DNA of 64,000 nt from Convolutriloba macropyga (lineage: Eukaryota), in NCBI RefSeq assembly GCF_964194025.1, contig NC_134472.1, positions 28,086,001 to 28,150,000 on the forward strand. The letters run 5' to 3'. Made by a program: the position numbers and the translations under genes. The notes beneath the pieces were generated by a model. It searched no databases, was not told the DNA's origin, and worked only from the letters and a program-made list of their open reading frames with translations. Below, piece after piece: positions 40,301 to 54,019 of the stretch. How positions within the stretch are numbered: the stretch's first letter is position 1; every line of letters begins with the position of its first letter.

Positions 40301-42400
40301 GTCATTCCAAAGATGAGCAGAGAGCAATCAAGAAATTGGAGCAAACAACATGATTCACTGATGAAAGATATGAGATTAGACTTCTGTGGCGAGAAGTGAA
40401 ATTGAAGGCAGCAAATAACTTCTACTCTTCTATGGGGACCTGTTGCAGAGTGTGATTGGATTGTTTTTTGCCTCCGTGAATATCAGATAGCGTCTTCAGC
40501 CGTTATAGAAGCGATGCGATGTTCCTTCAAGTTTCTGTTCCAAGCGGTGACAACCGATGCTTACGATTTCACAGGCAAGAACATCTAGTGCAGTGGATAG
40601 AAGTTTACGAGTACATACGACACCTTATTGGTAAGAAGAGCTGGCCGACTTGTGCAAATCACGCTTTGCATCAAGTTGCGAAAGATAACACGAAAACCGA
40701 CAAAGTTCTTGACCAAATTTTTCAGAGAAATTTCTTCATGAACAATTTTATAATTTCTGTCTGAGCTCATCAATAAACAATAAAAATTTACCAAAATGTA
40801 AGAAACGTCCTCAGCAAAGGTGGATTCAATTTGGCAAACTGGATAACAAATGATGAAGAATCAGGTCACAGACCCTCGAGGCAGACAAGTCAACGAAAGT
40901 TGTGAAAACAATCGAGGCCGAAACACAATAATCCTTAATCCTAGAACTAAACTGTAATGTGGAAACCGACAGTTTCATAGTCTGTCTTAAAACTGAGCGT
41001 GAAACTCTGCAACAATAACTCAGAAAACTGTTCTGTCCTTTGCAATATTACACTTGGGATATGCTCACCATTTGTTATAAGGATGCGGTTACTACTTAAA
41101 GCAACTAGGTGGCAATGGGACAACCATATGACAATGAACTGCCAGCTGAGCTAGAAAAACTATTCAGTATACGGTGCTGTGATCTGAAAGAACTAAGCAG
41201 GAAAACGATAAATAGAATTAATTTCGAAAACGGATGCACAAACTTGAGTCTCCACATTTTCACAGACGCATCAGAAGCAGCAATTTGCGGCATAGCTTAT
41301 CTGCTAGATGACGCGACGTTAAAACTAATCTTAAATGTCGCAGTCTACGGAGTTCGCCTCAGAAGGCAGATATTGAAATAGCATGATGCTAAAACTGACA
41401 AAATCTTTTTATTGACTGTTTCATCTACGATCTTACAGTAGCTACAATCAGAGCACAAGAAACAATAAGTTTTTGTCGCCAACAGGTCAGTAGAAATACT
41501 ATAGAGCTCTTCTATGGATCAATGGAGACATGTTAAACGCATCAAAAACCATCGGATTTTGGCACCAGAGGGATTTTCATCGACAGATGAAGAAATGTGG
41601 TCTTGGTACCAAATGAACGAAGATGAAGGAAGCTTATCAAGATACCAGTACCTAGTACCTCAGCCACACAAAAAGAACTATAACAACCATTCAACTGGAG
41701 ATAAAACAGTAGCTTCAAACAAATTCAAAACTATATTGGCTAGTGCATGAGGTTCAAAACAAAGCAGCAAGGCTTCTCAAGGCTGATGTGATCCACCGAA
41801 CAGAAAAAAACATGTTTTTGCGGTTTGTTCAGAATGAAAGGTTACCGAATGTTTTGATGTCGATAATAAATAGCAAAGAAATTTGAAAATATTTGTCAAA
41901 ATGTCAATTTTCGTAGACGAGGATAGAAGAATAAAATGTGCAGTGAAACATACGATTCTTGATACAACCATCTACAGATTTTGACAGCGAAACATCCAGT
42001 CGTTCAACTTCTGTTAGAGAGATCACATAGTAACCACCTGGACGAAGGCACTGAGTACGTGAGAAAAGTTCTCCAAAAAGAATGTTCGATTGTCGGATTT
42101 CAAAATCTTTTGCTAAATATCGGGTCGAGGCCTATCAAATGCAGACACAGGAACGCCAACAAAAATCACCCAGCGTTAGCTGACGTAATCCGATAAACCT
42201 GAACGAAGGCGAGTTTTTTTGGCAAGTTGATGAGTTTGTGAAACGCTGTTAGTACAAGTTGGGACGAAACATTGATATCTTCACTGGCAACAACGGTCTT
42301 TTAAGATCAATGAGAGTCAAAAAGTCACATAAAGCGCTGAGCCGGCCAGTCGTGGATTTAGCTCAAGTATTTTACAATTGTTTTTCTGAGATAGACCCCT
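37400..42400 (+). mobile_element. Decayed BEL/Pao LTR retrotransposon internal region (gag-PR-RT-RH-partial IN)
   Basis: Gag KWPEWAEFFDIIVHQKRLIDTEKIHYLKISLT; RT MFLQVSVPSGDNRCLRF...FFMNNF; RNase H LHIFTDASEAAICGIAYL and DQWRHV; IN zinc region KHPVVQLLLERSH; C-terminal GLLRSMRVK...RPVVDLAQVF. The integrase core is deleted and no LTRs were identified. Confidence 0.9.
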
Positions 42401-42549
42401 ATAGTTTGTTGACTAAAGACATAATCAGGTTTCTACATTTTTTTAAAAAATATTGTATGTTTTTGATGAACATTTCTTATCCGTTGTCAATTCCGAATCT
42501 CTTCGGATACTTGAGCGCTCATCCTGCACTTGTTTTCGCAATTCAGAAG

Positions 42550-44990
42550 GCGTCATCTTCTGTTTCTGATCATGGATGAAAGTTCCGCAAAAAATCTTGG
42601 TATTAACGTTTCACTCCTCGCACTTGGTGATATTGATATTCTCTCAGTGAAATCTCTCATCACCACTTTTTGCTTGTGGAATCTTTGACAAAGGGGTGTT
42701 AAACTGAAGTCTTTGTATGGCGTCACAAAGGCAGTCTGGTTTTCTTTGAGTACATGTAGAGATGTTTCGGTTGACTCTTGCTCTTCCCTCATTCAATTCG
42801 CTTGCGAAACGTGTTTAGTGGGAGTTTTTCTAGTGCTCGGGCGTTCAGCGAAGGTCGTAGAGGTTTTAGCGAGAAAGTCGTCTTCATCCAAACTTATATA
42901 ACGACTTTACTCTCTTGGTTGTCTGGACAAAAAATCATGTGTGTAACTTTGAATGTTTTAATTGTCAGCCTTTTCCTTTGTTATCGTCTGCTTTCTGTTG
43001 GTTCCGCTACCTTTTGTAATGCAAAGATCTTGTTTTCATTCTAGGTAGTAGATCTTCAACGTCTTTCACCACCTGCTAACGATAGTAGTGGACGATCTGT
43101 CATTTTTTGTATTAGGCTTCTTTGAATTTTTGAGAATAAGCTCTGACGTTTTTTCGGTGCTACTAAATGGTCCGTCTCTTCGAAAGTGAAGTTTTGTCGC
43201 TCTTGCTATGTGGGGTTTGAAAAGAAAGCCTCTCTCTCTCTCTTTTCTTCAATTTTTCGGAAAAAAAAGTTTTTTTGTTGTCAATCGGTCTTTCTTTTTT
43301 GCCTGTACCCAAGTGTCTCTCTTCTATTCAAATGTGCTTGAATGAAATGCTCTTTTAGCCACCTTGTGAATTTGTAGTTCGCAATTTTTGTGTCCAGGTG
43401 CTTTCTGAAATAGCAGTTCAATCGGGTATTTGCATTATTGTCCAAACACGAATGAGAATGGAGTCCGTCCTGTTATTTTGACTGCTATCGTATTACACTC
43501 AAAGATGAGATAGGAATGATTTCGTCTCAGCAGTTTGGATGGTCCCAGCTGCTTGCATTTCATCACTCTATCAACACCTTTTGGAGTTGTCTGTTCTAGG
43601 AGAATTCAAAACATGTACTTTCGTGTTGTATAATCCGTCAATACAGGTGCGTTTTAAACCGCTTGTCTTTGCACTTGTAAATAGTCACAGAATATCAACT
43701 GCTCCTTTGCTGAATTGCATCCCATGACTGAAGGTCTCAATTAGGGCTATCCGTTTCATTCCCGCGGTAGTATTTGACACAGGTTGCAGTTCTCCCTTTT
43801 TCGTTTAATGTCTCTTATTATTTTTTGCCATCACATTTTCTGTATTGCCCTGTCCAGGGCCTTTTGAAAAACAAAATGGAATCAATTGAGTTTTGAAAAG
43901 TGAAGTTTCTCTAAAATCATCTCTCTGAGTCCCTGCAGTACTATAAGTTGTTTTTAAGTTCTTTTAATTCTTTCCATATGCCTCACTATACAGCACGCCA
44001 TTAGGCGTTCCAATTAGTCCGAGAGGCCTCATATCGCTACTAGTTCTCTGCATTGTGCTATTGAGTTTGTCTTTTTGACATTCAAGTCCCTTAACGGACT
44101 TTTCTCTGGAGGTATCTCGGCGTTTGCCCGTTGCAAGATGAGGCGTACGCAGGGATCGTATCTTCGAGCCAGCCGAAGTCTTCTTGAAATTCAATATTCA
44201 TTCGTTCGTTCTCGTGCTCAACTTTAATTAGGTTGCTTGTTTCAAGGCGGCTTTCCAAAGGTTTCACTGGCGGGCAACTGACGAACAAGTGCAATCAATC
44301 CTTTTCAGCTAGCTCGATTGTGATGATGCACTGTCTTGACGGGCCATTTTCACTCCCGTGATTGTCTCCTGCTCTGTGTACTACTTGGAAACCAAACTCT
44401 TGTAGTCTTTGGAGCATCCTGAATAACATCCCGTAACTGTGTTGTCTAAATAACCATTCAGCGATGCATGATTTCTTCTGAACACACACTGAGTTCCCAA
44501 AGAAAAGATGTGAATCATTTCATTGCCTTGATGACTGCTAACACTTCTTTTCGTTGTTGTTTAGTAGCAACATTCTTAAAATTTTTCTCGCAAAAGCCAC
44601 TATGTATTTTACTCCATTGACAATAAATAAGAGTACTGCTCCCAGACTGCTGTTACTTGCATCCGTTTTTGCGATAAAAGAAGTGTTTTAGTCCGAATGC
44701 TTGAGTACTGAGCTTTCAATCAAAGCCACGTTTAGTTTTTTGAACGCATTACGGCATTCAGGGTTCTAACCAAAACAGTTCTTTTTTGTTAACTGGTGAA
44801 GTGGTTTTGCTATCCCAGCAAAGTCTTAATGAAAAGTGTGTAGTAACTAAAATCCAATAAAAGACCTCTTTCCGCTAACGCTCTCTGCTAATTTCCAGTC
44901 GTCTACTGCAACCACATTGTTTTCATCTGGTGCGATTCCTTCTGGAGTCAGTTTTTATCCTCGGTAGTTCACGGATTTTTTCAGGAAGGC
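42550..44990 (-). mobile_element. Decayed Ty3/Gypsy pol fragment (RT end, RNase H, IN and downstream sequence)
   Basis: RNase H end WLFRQHSYGMLFRMLQRLQEFGFQVVHRAGDNH...SRQC. Collinear DNA similarity with 46200-47600 and 50520-52600. Confidence 0.85.
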
Positions 44991-44994
44991 ACAT

Positions 44995-46180
44995 AGTGCG
45001 TGAGAAGTCTTCTCCAAAAAGAAATTTGAGTTGTTGGGTTGCGGAAAGCTTCACCAAAAATCATCTCGAGGTGTATCGAATGCTGACACAAGAACGCCAG
45101 CAAAATCCACCCACCAACCCGAGAAAGCTTTGTTGAGCATCTTTTCCATTTACCATTACTGGAAGTGATGAATTCGGACCAATTGAAATCAATTTCCTAC
45201 GGCGCACCTTAAAGAGATGGTGCTGCCTCTTGATTTGTTTTACAACAAGAGCAGAACACATCGAAGTGTCACAGTCAACAGACACCGAGTCATGTCTAGC
45301 TAGAGTGACGAGATTTATTGCAACACGTGGCTACCCGAACTCCAGCATTAGTGAAATGCAAGAAATTTTGTCGGAGCAGCTAACGAGCGTAAAGAATTCA
45401 TGAACGAGTGGGACACAGCTAAGATCGAGAGTAACTTAGCGCAGAAAAAGATCGTTTGGAATTTCAATCAACCTGAATCTCCACACTATGGAAAGATCAG
45501 GGAGATATTGAACCAAAAAAGTAAGAGTGTCATCAAAGCAATCTTTGGCAACGGAAGCCTCTTCGACGATTTACTTAGCAAAAAACGTGTATTTTTGAGC
45601 AAACAATCCACGCAAGAACCCTGACAGCAGTAAGTGACGATCCTGAAGACATGACAGAACTTGCACCTAATCATTCAATGGTAGGAGGAGAAAACGCAAC
45701 TGCTTCAATCATGCCATCCAGTGAGCGTTACCAAGACCTGAGAAAATTATTCAATACGGCTTATGTATTTGCCGGCATGGTCTGGAAAAGATGGACTCGC
45801 AAACACCTTCAATAATGAATCTAGAGAATAAACTGGTCATGAAAATTTTTGCGAAAACCGAAAGAAGGCGAAGAAGACGAACTGCGACGAATTAGTAAAA
45901 TCTTTACAAACAACGACATTTTTATGCAATCAGCCAGAGTAAAAATGGCACATAGAAGATTGACCCAGTCAGTCGTAAAGTTAGCACCAGTTTTCTACAA
46001 TGGTAATTATGGGATGGAGCACAGGGCCGGCGATTTTGCCACCACTCCAAATCAGAAACAAGAGCAATAAGATGGCAAGAAACAAATGTTAAAACAGGAA
46101 AAACTTAGAAATTGTCAAAATTCAAAAATTGTCCAAACTGAAAAATTTTACATTTGGGTACCAAAAATTGGTACATCCCC
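44995..46180 (+). mobile_element. BEL/Pao integrase core and 3' region, decayed
   Basis: RWCCLLICFTTRAEHIEVSQSTDTESCLARVTRFIATRGYP; IVWNFNQPESPHYG; ELAPNHS; SARVKMAHRRLTQSVVKLAPVF. Confidence 0.88.
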
Positions 46181-46199
46181 CAAAAATTACTCAACGCTT

Positions 46200-48003
46200 T
46201 TTACATGCTGCAAATGTTTGTAGCGGACGATCTGCCATTTTTCCCAATCGCATCCTTTGAAATATCATGATTGAGCTACGACGTTTTTTCAATTTTTTTT
46301 ATGGTCTGTTCCTTAGGAGGACGAGTTTTTACGCTTTTGCTATTTGAGATTCGAAAGGCCAGTTTCTTTATCCTATCTTCTTTTCTTCGCCGAAAACATT
46401 TTTCTGATATAAATCTTTTTGTCCTTTTTGAATGTAGCCAAGTGTCTGTCTGGCTTTCATATGTGCTTCCTTGGTTTGGTTGTTGGGCCACGTTCTGAAT
46501 TCGTAGCTGGTTTTTCGTGTCCAGTCGCTTTTGGAAACAGCAGTTCAATTGAGTGTTTGCATTCTTGTCCAATCACAAGTGAGAACGGAGTCCATCCTAT
46601 TGTTTTGTGAACTGTCGCTTTACACGCAAAGATAAAAAGGGAACGAATTGGTCACAGCTGCTTGGACTGTCCCAGCTGCTTGGATTGTCCCAGCTGCTTG
46701 CATTTCGTCCTAGTTGCAGCGCGATATTTGGCAATAACTGTGTTATCAGGTTCTTTCGTGCAATTTCCTTGCGGGTGGTATCGAGATGTTTTTGTCTCCT
46801 CTATTCCAGACATGGCACACTTTTAATAGTAGTTTGGTGCAGAAAACTCTCAATGTTCTGTGTGAATGCAGCCGGGTGCTGCAAACGTCAGAACCCAATT
46901 CTCGACGATCGCTCTATCAACATCCTCTGGTGTAGTCCTTTCCATCGGAACGCAAAACACGTATACCATAATCGGTTATTACAGGTATGTGTTTTAAACC
47001 GCATGTCTTTGCTGCTGTAACAGGTCACCGGATATCAGCTGCCACTTTGCTGAATTGTATCCCGACCTTGTTTGTCTGAATGGGGGCTATACTTTTCATT
47101 CCCACGATACTGCTTGGCACATGTTGTGGTCCTCAAATTTCTGCTCACTATCTTTTCTCATATTGACAAAATTTGAGAGTACTGCTCCCAGACAGCTGTC
47201 ACTTGCATCCATTTCCGCTATTAAAGGTGACTTGTAGTCCAGATTCGCGAGTGCTGAGTTGTCAGTCAATCTAGTTTTCAGTTTTCCGAACGCATTATGG
47301 CATTCAGGGTTCCAAGCGAAATGGCTGTTTTTTTGTTATCTGGTGAAGTGGTTTTGCTATCTACGCATAGTCTTTGATTAAAAAGCTGTAATAACAAAAT
47401 CCATTGAAGACTTCTTCCGGTAACGTTCCTTGGTCGTTTTTAATCGCGTATTGCAACAAATTTTTTGTCATCTGGAGGAGTTCTTTCGTGGCTCAGTTTG
47501 TATCCTAGGTATTTTATGGATTTTTGAAGTAAGCGACGTTTCCTGGGTTTGAGTTCGCGAACTGCATGTCGAAATGCTTAAAAAAAAGGAGCATATGTTT
47601 TTTGTATTTTTTCTACGTTGTTGCTTAACACCAAAACTTTTTCCCTGACGATGACAACAAAAGAGAAAATATGTTCAATGAAAATGCTTGTCATAAGCCG
47701 CTCGGAAGTTCCGCGTGCTTCATATAGTCCAAATGCAAGTCTGAGGTACTCGTAACGTCGGCAATCGGGGCTGCAAAACAATGTATCTTGCATAGCACTT
47801 GCAGCCAATGGAACTTGCCAATATCCTAAAGCCAATTAAAGGCTTGAGAAAACATTTGCTCCCTGCAGATGACCCGGTATCTGATGAATTTGAGGCAGAG
47901 AAGAAGCGTTTCTCTTTGTTACTTCATTGATTCGTCCGAAGTCCGTGCACATTCAGTTGCTCCCATCCGTCATAATAACGAGAACAATTGGTACACTGTA
48001 CAG
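46200..48003 (-). mobile_element. Decayed, internally deleted Ty3/Gypsy pol (copy in the first duplicate)
   Basis: RT ALGYWQVPLAASAMQDTLFCSPDCRRYEYLRLAFGLYEARGTSERLM; IN TTPEDVDRAIVENWVLTFAAP. Confidence 0.88.
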
Positions 48004-48570
48004 GCAAGAACCCTGACAGCAGTAAGTGACGATCCTGAAGACATGACAGAACTTGCACCTAATCATTCAATGATAGGAGGAGAAAACGCAACTGCTTCAA
48101 TCATGCCATCCAGTGAGCGTTACCAAGACCTGAGAAAATTATTCAATACGGCTTATGTATTTGCCGGCATGGTCTGGAAAAGATGGACTCGCAAACACCT
48201 TCAATAATGAATCTAGAGAATAAACTGGTCATGAAAATTTTTGCGAAAACCGAAAGAAGGCGAAGAAGACGAACTGCGACGAATTAGTAAAATCTTTACA
48301 AACAACGACATTTTTATGCAATCAGCCAGAGTAAAAATGGCACATAGAAGATTGACCCAGTCAGTCGTAAAGTTAGCACCAGTTTTCTACAATGGTAATT
48401 ATGGGATGGAGCACAGGGCCGGCGATTTTGCCACCACTCCAAATCAGAAACAAGAGCAATAAGATGGCAAGAAACAAATGTTAAAACAGGAAAAACTTAG
48501 AAATTGTCAAAATTCAAAAATTGTCCAAACTGAAAAGGTTTACATTTGGGTACCAAAAATTGGTACATCC
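48004..48570 (+). mobile_element. Duplicated BEL/Pao integrase C-terminal fragment
   Basis: Copy of 45612-46180. Confidence 0.85.
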
Positions 48571-48589
48571 CCCAAAAATTACTCAACGC

Positions 48590-50500
48590 TTTTTACATGC
48601 TGCAAATGATTGTAGCGGACGATCTGCCATTTTTCCCAATCGCATCCTTTGAAATATCATGATTGAGCTACGACGTTTTTTCAATTTTTTTTATGGTCTG
48701 TTCCTTAGGAGGACGAGTTTTTACGCTTTTGCTATTTGAGATTCGAAAGGCCAGTTTCTTTATCCTATCTTCTTTTCTTCGCCGAAAACATTTTTCTGAT
48801 ATAAATTTTTTTGTCTTTTTTGAATGTAGCCAAGTGTCTGTCTGGCTTTCATATGTGCTTCCTTGGTTTGGTTGTTGGGCCACGTTCTGAATTCGTAGCT
48901 GGTTTTTTCGTGTCCAGTCGCTTTTGGAAACAGCAGTTCAATTGAGTGTTTGCATTCTTGTCCAATCACAAGTGAGAACGGAGTCCATCCTATTGTTTTG
49001 TGAACTGTCGCTTTACACGCAAAGATAAAAAGGGAACGAATTGGTCACAGCTGCTTGGACTGTCCCAGCTGCTTGGATTGTCCCAGCTGCTTGCATTTCG
49101 TCCTAGTTGCAGCGCGATATTTGGCAATAACTGTGTTATCAGGTTCTTTCGTGCAATTTCCTTGCGGGTGGTATCGAGATGTTTTTGTCTCCTCTATTCC
49201 AGACATGGCACACTTTTAGTAGTAGTTTGGTGCAGAAAACTCTCAATTGTTCTGTGTGAATGCAGCCGGGTGCTGCAAACGTCAGAACCCAATTCTCGAC
49301 GATCGCTCTATCAACATCCTCTGGTGTAGTCCTTTCCATCGGAACGCAAAACACGTATACCATAATCGGTTATTACAGGTATGTGTTTTAAACCGCATGT
49401 CTTTGCTGCTGTAACAGGTCACCGGATATCAGCTGCCACTTTGCTGAATTGTATCCCGACATTGTTTGTCTGAATGGGGGCTATACTTTTCATTCCCACG
49501 GTACTGCTTGGCACATGTTGTGGTCCTCAAATTTCTGCTCACTATCTTTTCTCATATTGACAAAATTTGAGAGTACTGCTCCCAGACAGCTGTCACTTGC
49601 ATCCATTTCCGCTATTAAAGGTGACTTGTAGTCCAGATTCGCGAGTGCTGAGTTGTCAGTCAATCTAGTTTTCAGTTTTCCGAACGCACTATGGCATTCA
49701 GGGTTCCAAGCGAAATGGCTGTTTTTTTGTTATCTGGTGAAGTGGTTTTGCTATCTACGCATAGTCTTTGATTAAAAAGCTGTAATAACAAAATCCATTG
49801 AAGACTTCTTCCGGTAACGTTCCTTGGTCGTTTTTAATCGCGTATTGCAACAAATTTTTTGTCATCTGGAGGAGTTCTTTCGTGGCTCAGTTTGTATCCT
49901 AGGTATTTTATGGATTTTTGAAGTAAGCGACGTTTCCTGGGTTTGAGTTCGCGAACTGCATGTCGAAATGCTTAAAAAAAAGGAGCATATGTTTTTTGTA
50001 TTTTTTCTACGTTGTTGCTTAACACCAAAACTTTTTCCCTGACGATGACAACAAAAGAGAAAATATGTTCAATGAAAATGCTTGTCATAAGCCGCTCGGA
50101 AGTTCCGCGTGCTTCATATAGTCCAAATGCAAGTCTGAGGTACTCGTAACGTCGGCAATCGGGGCTGCAAAACAATGTATCTTTCATAGCACTTGCAGCC
50201 AATGGAACTTGCCAATATCCTAAAGCCAATTAAAGGCTTGAGAAAACATTTGCTCCCTGCAGATGACCCGGTATCTGATGAATTTGAGGCAGAGAAGAAG
50301 CGTTTCTCTTTGTTACTTCATTGATTCGTCTGAAGTCCGTGCACATTCAGTTGCTCCCATCCGTCATAATAACGAGAACAATTGGTACACTGTACAGGCA
50401 ATTTGGAGGTCGGATGAAGTTTCATGCCATCATGTCCTCAATCTCCTTCTCCACCATTGTGATTTTTCCATATGCAAGTTATTGGGGACTGAATTTGATG
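48590..50500 (-). mobile_element. Decayed Ty3/Gypsy pol (copy in the second duplicate, continuing to the RT N-terminus)
   Basis: Same RT and IN motifs as 46200-48003, for example 49972-50229. Confidence 0.85.
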
Positions 50501-51504
50501 CGCAGCGTATCACCTGTTACGATTTCGTGACTGAGCACCGACCTTTTTTAAATGCTTTTGTGTGGTCTGTTCCTGAGAGGAAGAGTTTTTTGCGTCTTGC
50601 TATTAGGGATTCGAAAAGACAGTTTCTCCATCCCATCTTCAGTTCTTCGCCAAAAACGTTTTTCTGATATGAATCTTTTTGTCTTTTTTGACTGTAGCCA
50701 AATGTCTGTCTGGCATTCATATGTGCTTCCTTGAATTGCTTGTTGAGCCACGTTGTGAATTTGTATTTGGCTTTTTCGTGTCAAGCTGCTTTCGGAAATA
50801 TAATTTCAATAGGGTGTTTGCATTCTTGTCCAAGCATATGTGAGAACGGAGTCCACCCTGTTGTTTTGTGAACTGTCGTATTACACGCGAAGATGAGATG
50901 GGGGATGAATTGGTCTTAGTGGCTTGGATTGTCTCAGCTGCTTGGATTGTCCCAGCTGCTTGCCATTCGTCCTAGATACAGTGCAATATTTGGCAACAAT
51001 TGTGTTATGAGATCCTTTCATGCAATTTCCTTGCGGGTGGTATGGAGATGTTCTTGTATTCTCTGTTCCAAGAAATGGGTACTTTTTTAATAGTTCGCTG
51101 CAGAGTTTCCTCCTTGGTCGGTATGGAGGCACCATGTGCTCCAAACGTCAGAACCCAATTCTCTACGATCGCTCTATCAACAACTTCTGGAGTAGTCCTT
51201 TCTAGGAGAACGAAACACACGTGCTTCGTAATCTATCAATACAGTTATCTGTTTTACACCGCTTGTCTTTGCTCCTGTAACAGGTCACAGGATATCAGCT
51301 GCCACTTTGCTGAATTGTATGCCGACCTTGCTTGTCTGAATAGGGGCTATAATTTTCATCCCCACGGTTCTGCCTGGCACGTGTTGTAGTCCTCAAATGT
51401 TCGATTAATATCTTTTCTCATATTTCGGCACCACAAACTTTTTATTGCCCTGGCAAACACAAATTGGCCTCCACTGTGTATTGAATCGTCAATTTGCTCC
51501 AAAA

Positions 51505-51507
<3 letters not shown>

Positions 51508-51541
<34 letters not shown>
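51508..51541. repeat. (TC)n microsatellite inside the Gypsy pol
   Basis: About 16-17 TC units, translated as REREREK in ORF 51356-51631. Confidence 0.95.
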
Positions 51542-51544
<3 letters not shown>

Positions 51545-53935
51545 CCTTGCGATACTACAAGTTGTTTTTAAGTTTTTTTGCTTCTGTACTTTTTTCCTCT
51601 TCCTGTACATCACGCCATCAGTAAGTTCCATTTGGTCCGAGAGGCCTCATATTGCTACTAGTTCTTTGCATTGTTCTATTGATTTTCTTTTTTTGATTTT
51701 GAAGTCTATTAGCGGATTTTGGTCCAGATGTATCTCGGCGTTCCTTTCATTGCAATATTAGATGTAGGCAAGTATCGTTTCTTCGTGCCAGCCGTGGTTA
51801 GTTTATGTCTTCCTGAAATTGGATACTCATTGATTCATTCGCGTGCTGTACTGTAGTTATGTTAACTCTTTAAAGGGCGTCTTCGAAAAAAATAACTAGC
51901 GGACAATTCACAAACAACTGCACTTTCTCAGCTTTAGTTAGCTCATGTGTGATCCTGCACTGTCTTGACAAGAGTCCAGTTCTATGCTCTTTTTAGAAAT
52001 CAAACTCTTGCTACCTTTGGAGCATCCGGAAAATTATCCTGTCACTATTTTGTCTATATAACCATTGCGGTGATGCATGATCTGTTCTGAGCACAAGCTG
52101 AGTTTCCCAAAGGCAAGAGTTGAACATTTTCATTCCCTGGAGGACTGCTAATGCTTTTCTTTTTGCTACTTAGTAACAATATTCTGCTGGCGTCAAAACT
52201 CGGAAAGGCCGCTGAGTACTCAACTCCATTGACAATATTTGAGATTACTATTCCCAATCTGCTGTCACTTTCATCCGTTTCCGCAATAAAAGGGACTTGC
52301 AGTCTAAATGCTTTACTGCTGAGCTATCAGTCATTTTTGCTTTCAATTTTCCGAACACATTAGGGCATTTAGGGTTCCGAGCAAAACGGTTGTTCTTTTT
52401 TGTTAACTGGTGAAGTGGTTTTACTATCCCAGCAAAGTCTTTAATGAAAGGGCTGTAATAACAAAATCCATTGAAAGTCCTTTTCAGGTAATGTTCCTTG
52501 GTTGTTTTCAATCCCGTATTGCGACAAATTTGTTGTCATGTGATGGAGTTTTTGTTGGCTCAGCTTGTATCCTAGGTATTTTATGGATTTCTGCAATGGG
52601 GTAGGATAATATTTCATGCAATCATGTCCTCAATCTCCTTCTTAGGCGTTGTGATTTTTCCATATGCAAGTCAATGGGGACTGAGTTTGATGGGTACTAT
52701 TTCGTGCACCAATAATTGTCTCGGTCCATGTTTGTTGTCGTTCCTTGCAAAAACATCTCTAAACTCTCATACAGTGTTCTTCTGTCGTGGCTTCTATCAG
52801 TGTTGGCATCTATCTGGAAACCCTAAAGAACAGATGTGCTCTAATTCTTCATCATAAGGCTGGTTTAGATTTGTTTCTGGAGTTACCGGGTGCTCTGTTT
52901 CTTCCGTCCTTTCACGTTGATGGAGACCGGCCTCTGTTTCAGTCTCACAATGATGTACGTGCATAAAGATTTCAATTGTACAAAAAAATTGAAATTTTGG
53001 AAAATCTGCAAAATTGCAAACCCTGCCCTCTTTCGCTGTGATCATTTGCATAGAAAGGAAGTCGAATAATACTTTGTTTTCCTTCATCGCCTGAGTTTCA
53101 AATATCAAAGATACGTTTGTGTTCGGGCAACCATAGGAGCACTTTTTGTTCATTTCAGGTGTCCGTTTCTTCGTCCACACAGTCGACTAGATTCAGCCTT
53201 ACGGAGGGCGCCTAGAGCAATGACCCGTTTTGTAGCTGCATTACAGCTTCCCGGTTCTTCCGTCAGGAGGAGTGTGAATCTGATTACGTTGTCCAATAAT
53301 TCGTCCAAAAATTCATCTTTTTGTTAGCTTCCTGTCGTCCCGCAAAATCAAGGTTATCCTTGGGTTTCTCCCCTAAATTACAAACTTGCCTTGAGACCTC
53401 TTGAAATGACTCCGATTCTATTTTTTGAAGATTTTTGAACTCAGTATGTGCACTCCTTGGGTTGGGAAAGTCTGCAATTCTGTTGTTGAGAGCTTTCAAA
53501 ACTCTCGCTATGGTCGAGCTTGTTTGTCATTTGCAAATTTTGAAAGTAATGACTGACGAGATTCTAATACTCATCTAACGCATAACTATTCAAACATGTG
53601 GGTAGGAGTTCGCTTGGTCTCTGATCAACCCAATTGTTGGCTTTTGAAATGGATTCTAGGTGTCGAACCCATCTTTCGAAACTCTCGAAATCACAGCCGG
53701 GGTGCTCCTACGACATTTTCGTAAGTCTTGTTCAACTGAGGTGAGTTGTTACTGTTGCTGGTTGTTCGGGGGGCTGTTCAGTTTTGGTAATCAAAGTATC
53801 TTTTTAAGTAATACCGAATGATAAAAAGAACAGATAAGTTTTATCTTTGGACTTTTTTTCCGAAGATCAAATTCATCAGCTCCCTCAGAAACCAGTTTTG
53901 CCAATTTTTTTCAACAGTTTTCTACTGAAATAAAA

Positions 53936-53947
53936 TTCCTGTCGCCA
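53936..53947 (-). promoter_or_regulatory. Putative primer-binding site of the Gypsy element
   Basis: The minus strand reads TGGCGACAGGAA (TGG complementary to tRNA CCA) immediately upstream of the gag remnant. Confidence 0.55.
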
Positions 53948-54019
53948 ATATATGTTTTGAAAGTTTGAATGGAAGTTTACCCAAATCACAATTCCACGAC
54001 TGTTCCTATAATAAGTCCT

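Larger units (their letters stand above)
45612..50397 (+). repeat. Near-identical tandem duplication (45612-48003 and 48004-50397, ~2.39 kb)
   Basis: gcaagaaccctgacagcagtaagtgacg at 45612 and 48004. Duplicated ORF-track entries are offset by 2392-2394, with only scattered SNPs and 1-bp indels. Confidence 0.97.
50510..53947 (-). mobile_element. Further diverged Ty3/Gypsy copy: PBS, gag, deleted pol (RT, RH, IN)
   Basis: IN TRTSPYHPQGN and TTPEVVDRAIVENWVLTFGA; RT end GFCYYSPFIKDFAGIVKPLHQLTKK; gag EFKNLQKIESESFQEVSRQV; PBS-like TGGCGACAGGAA at the 5' end. Confidence 0.88.
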
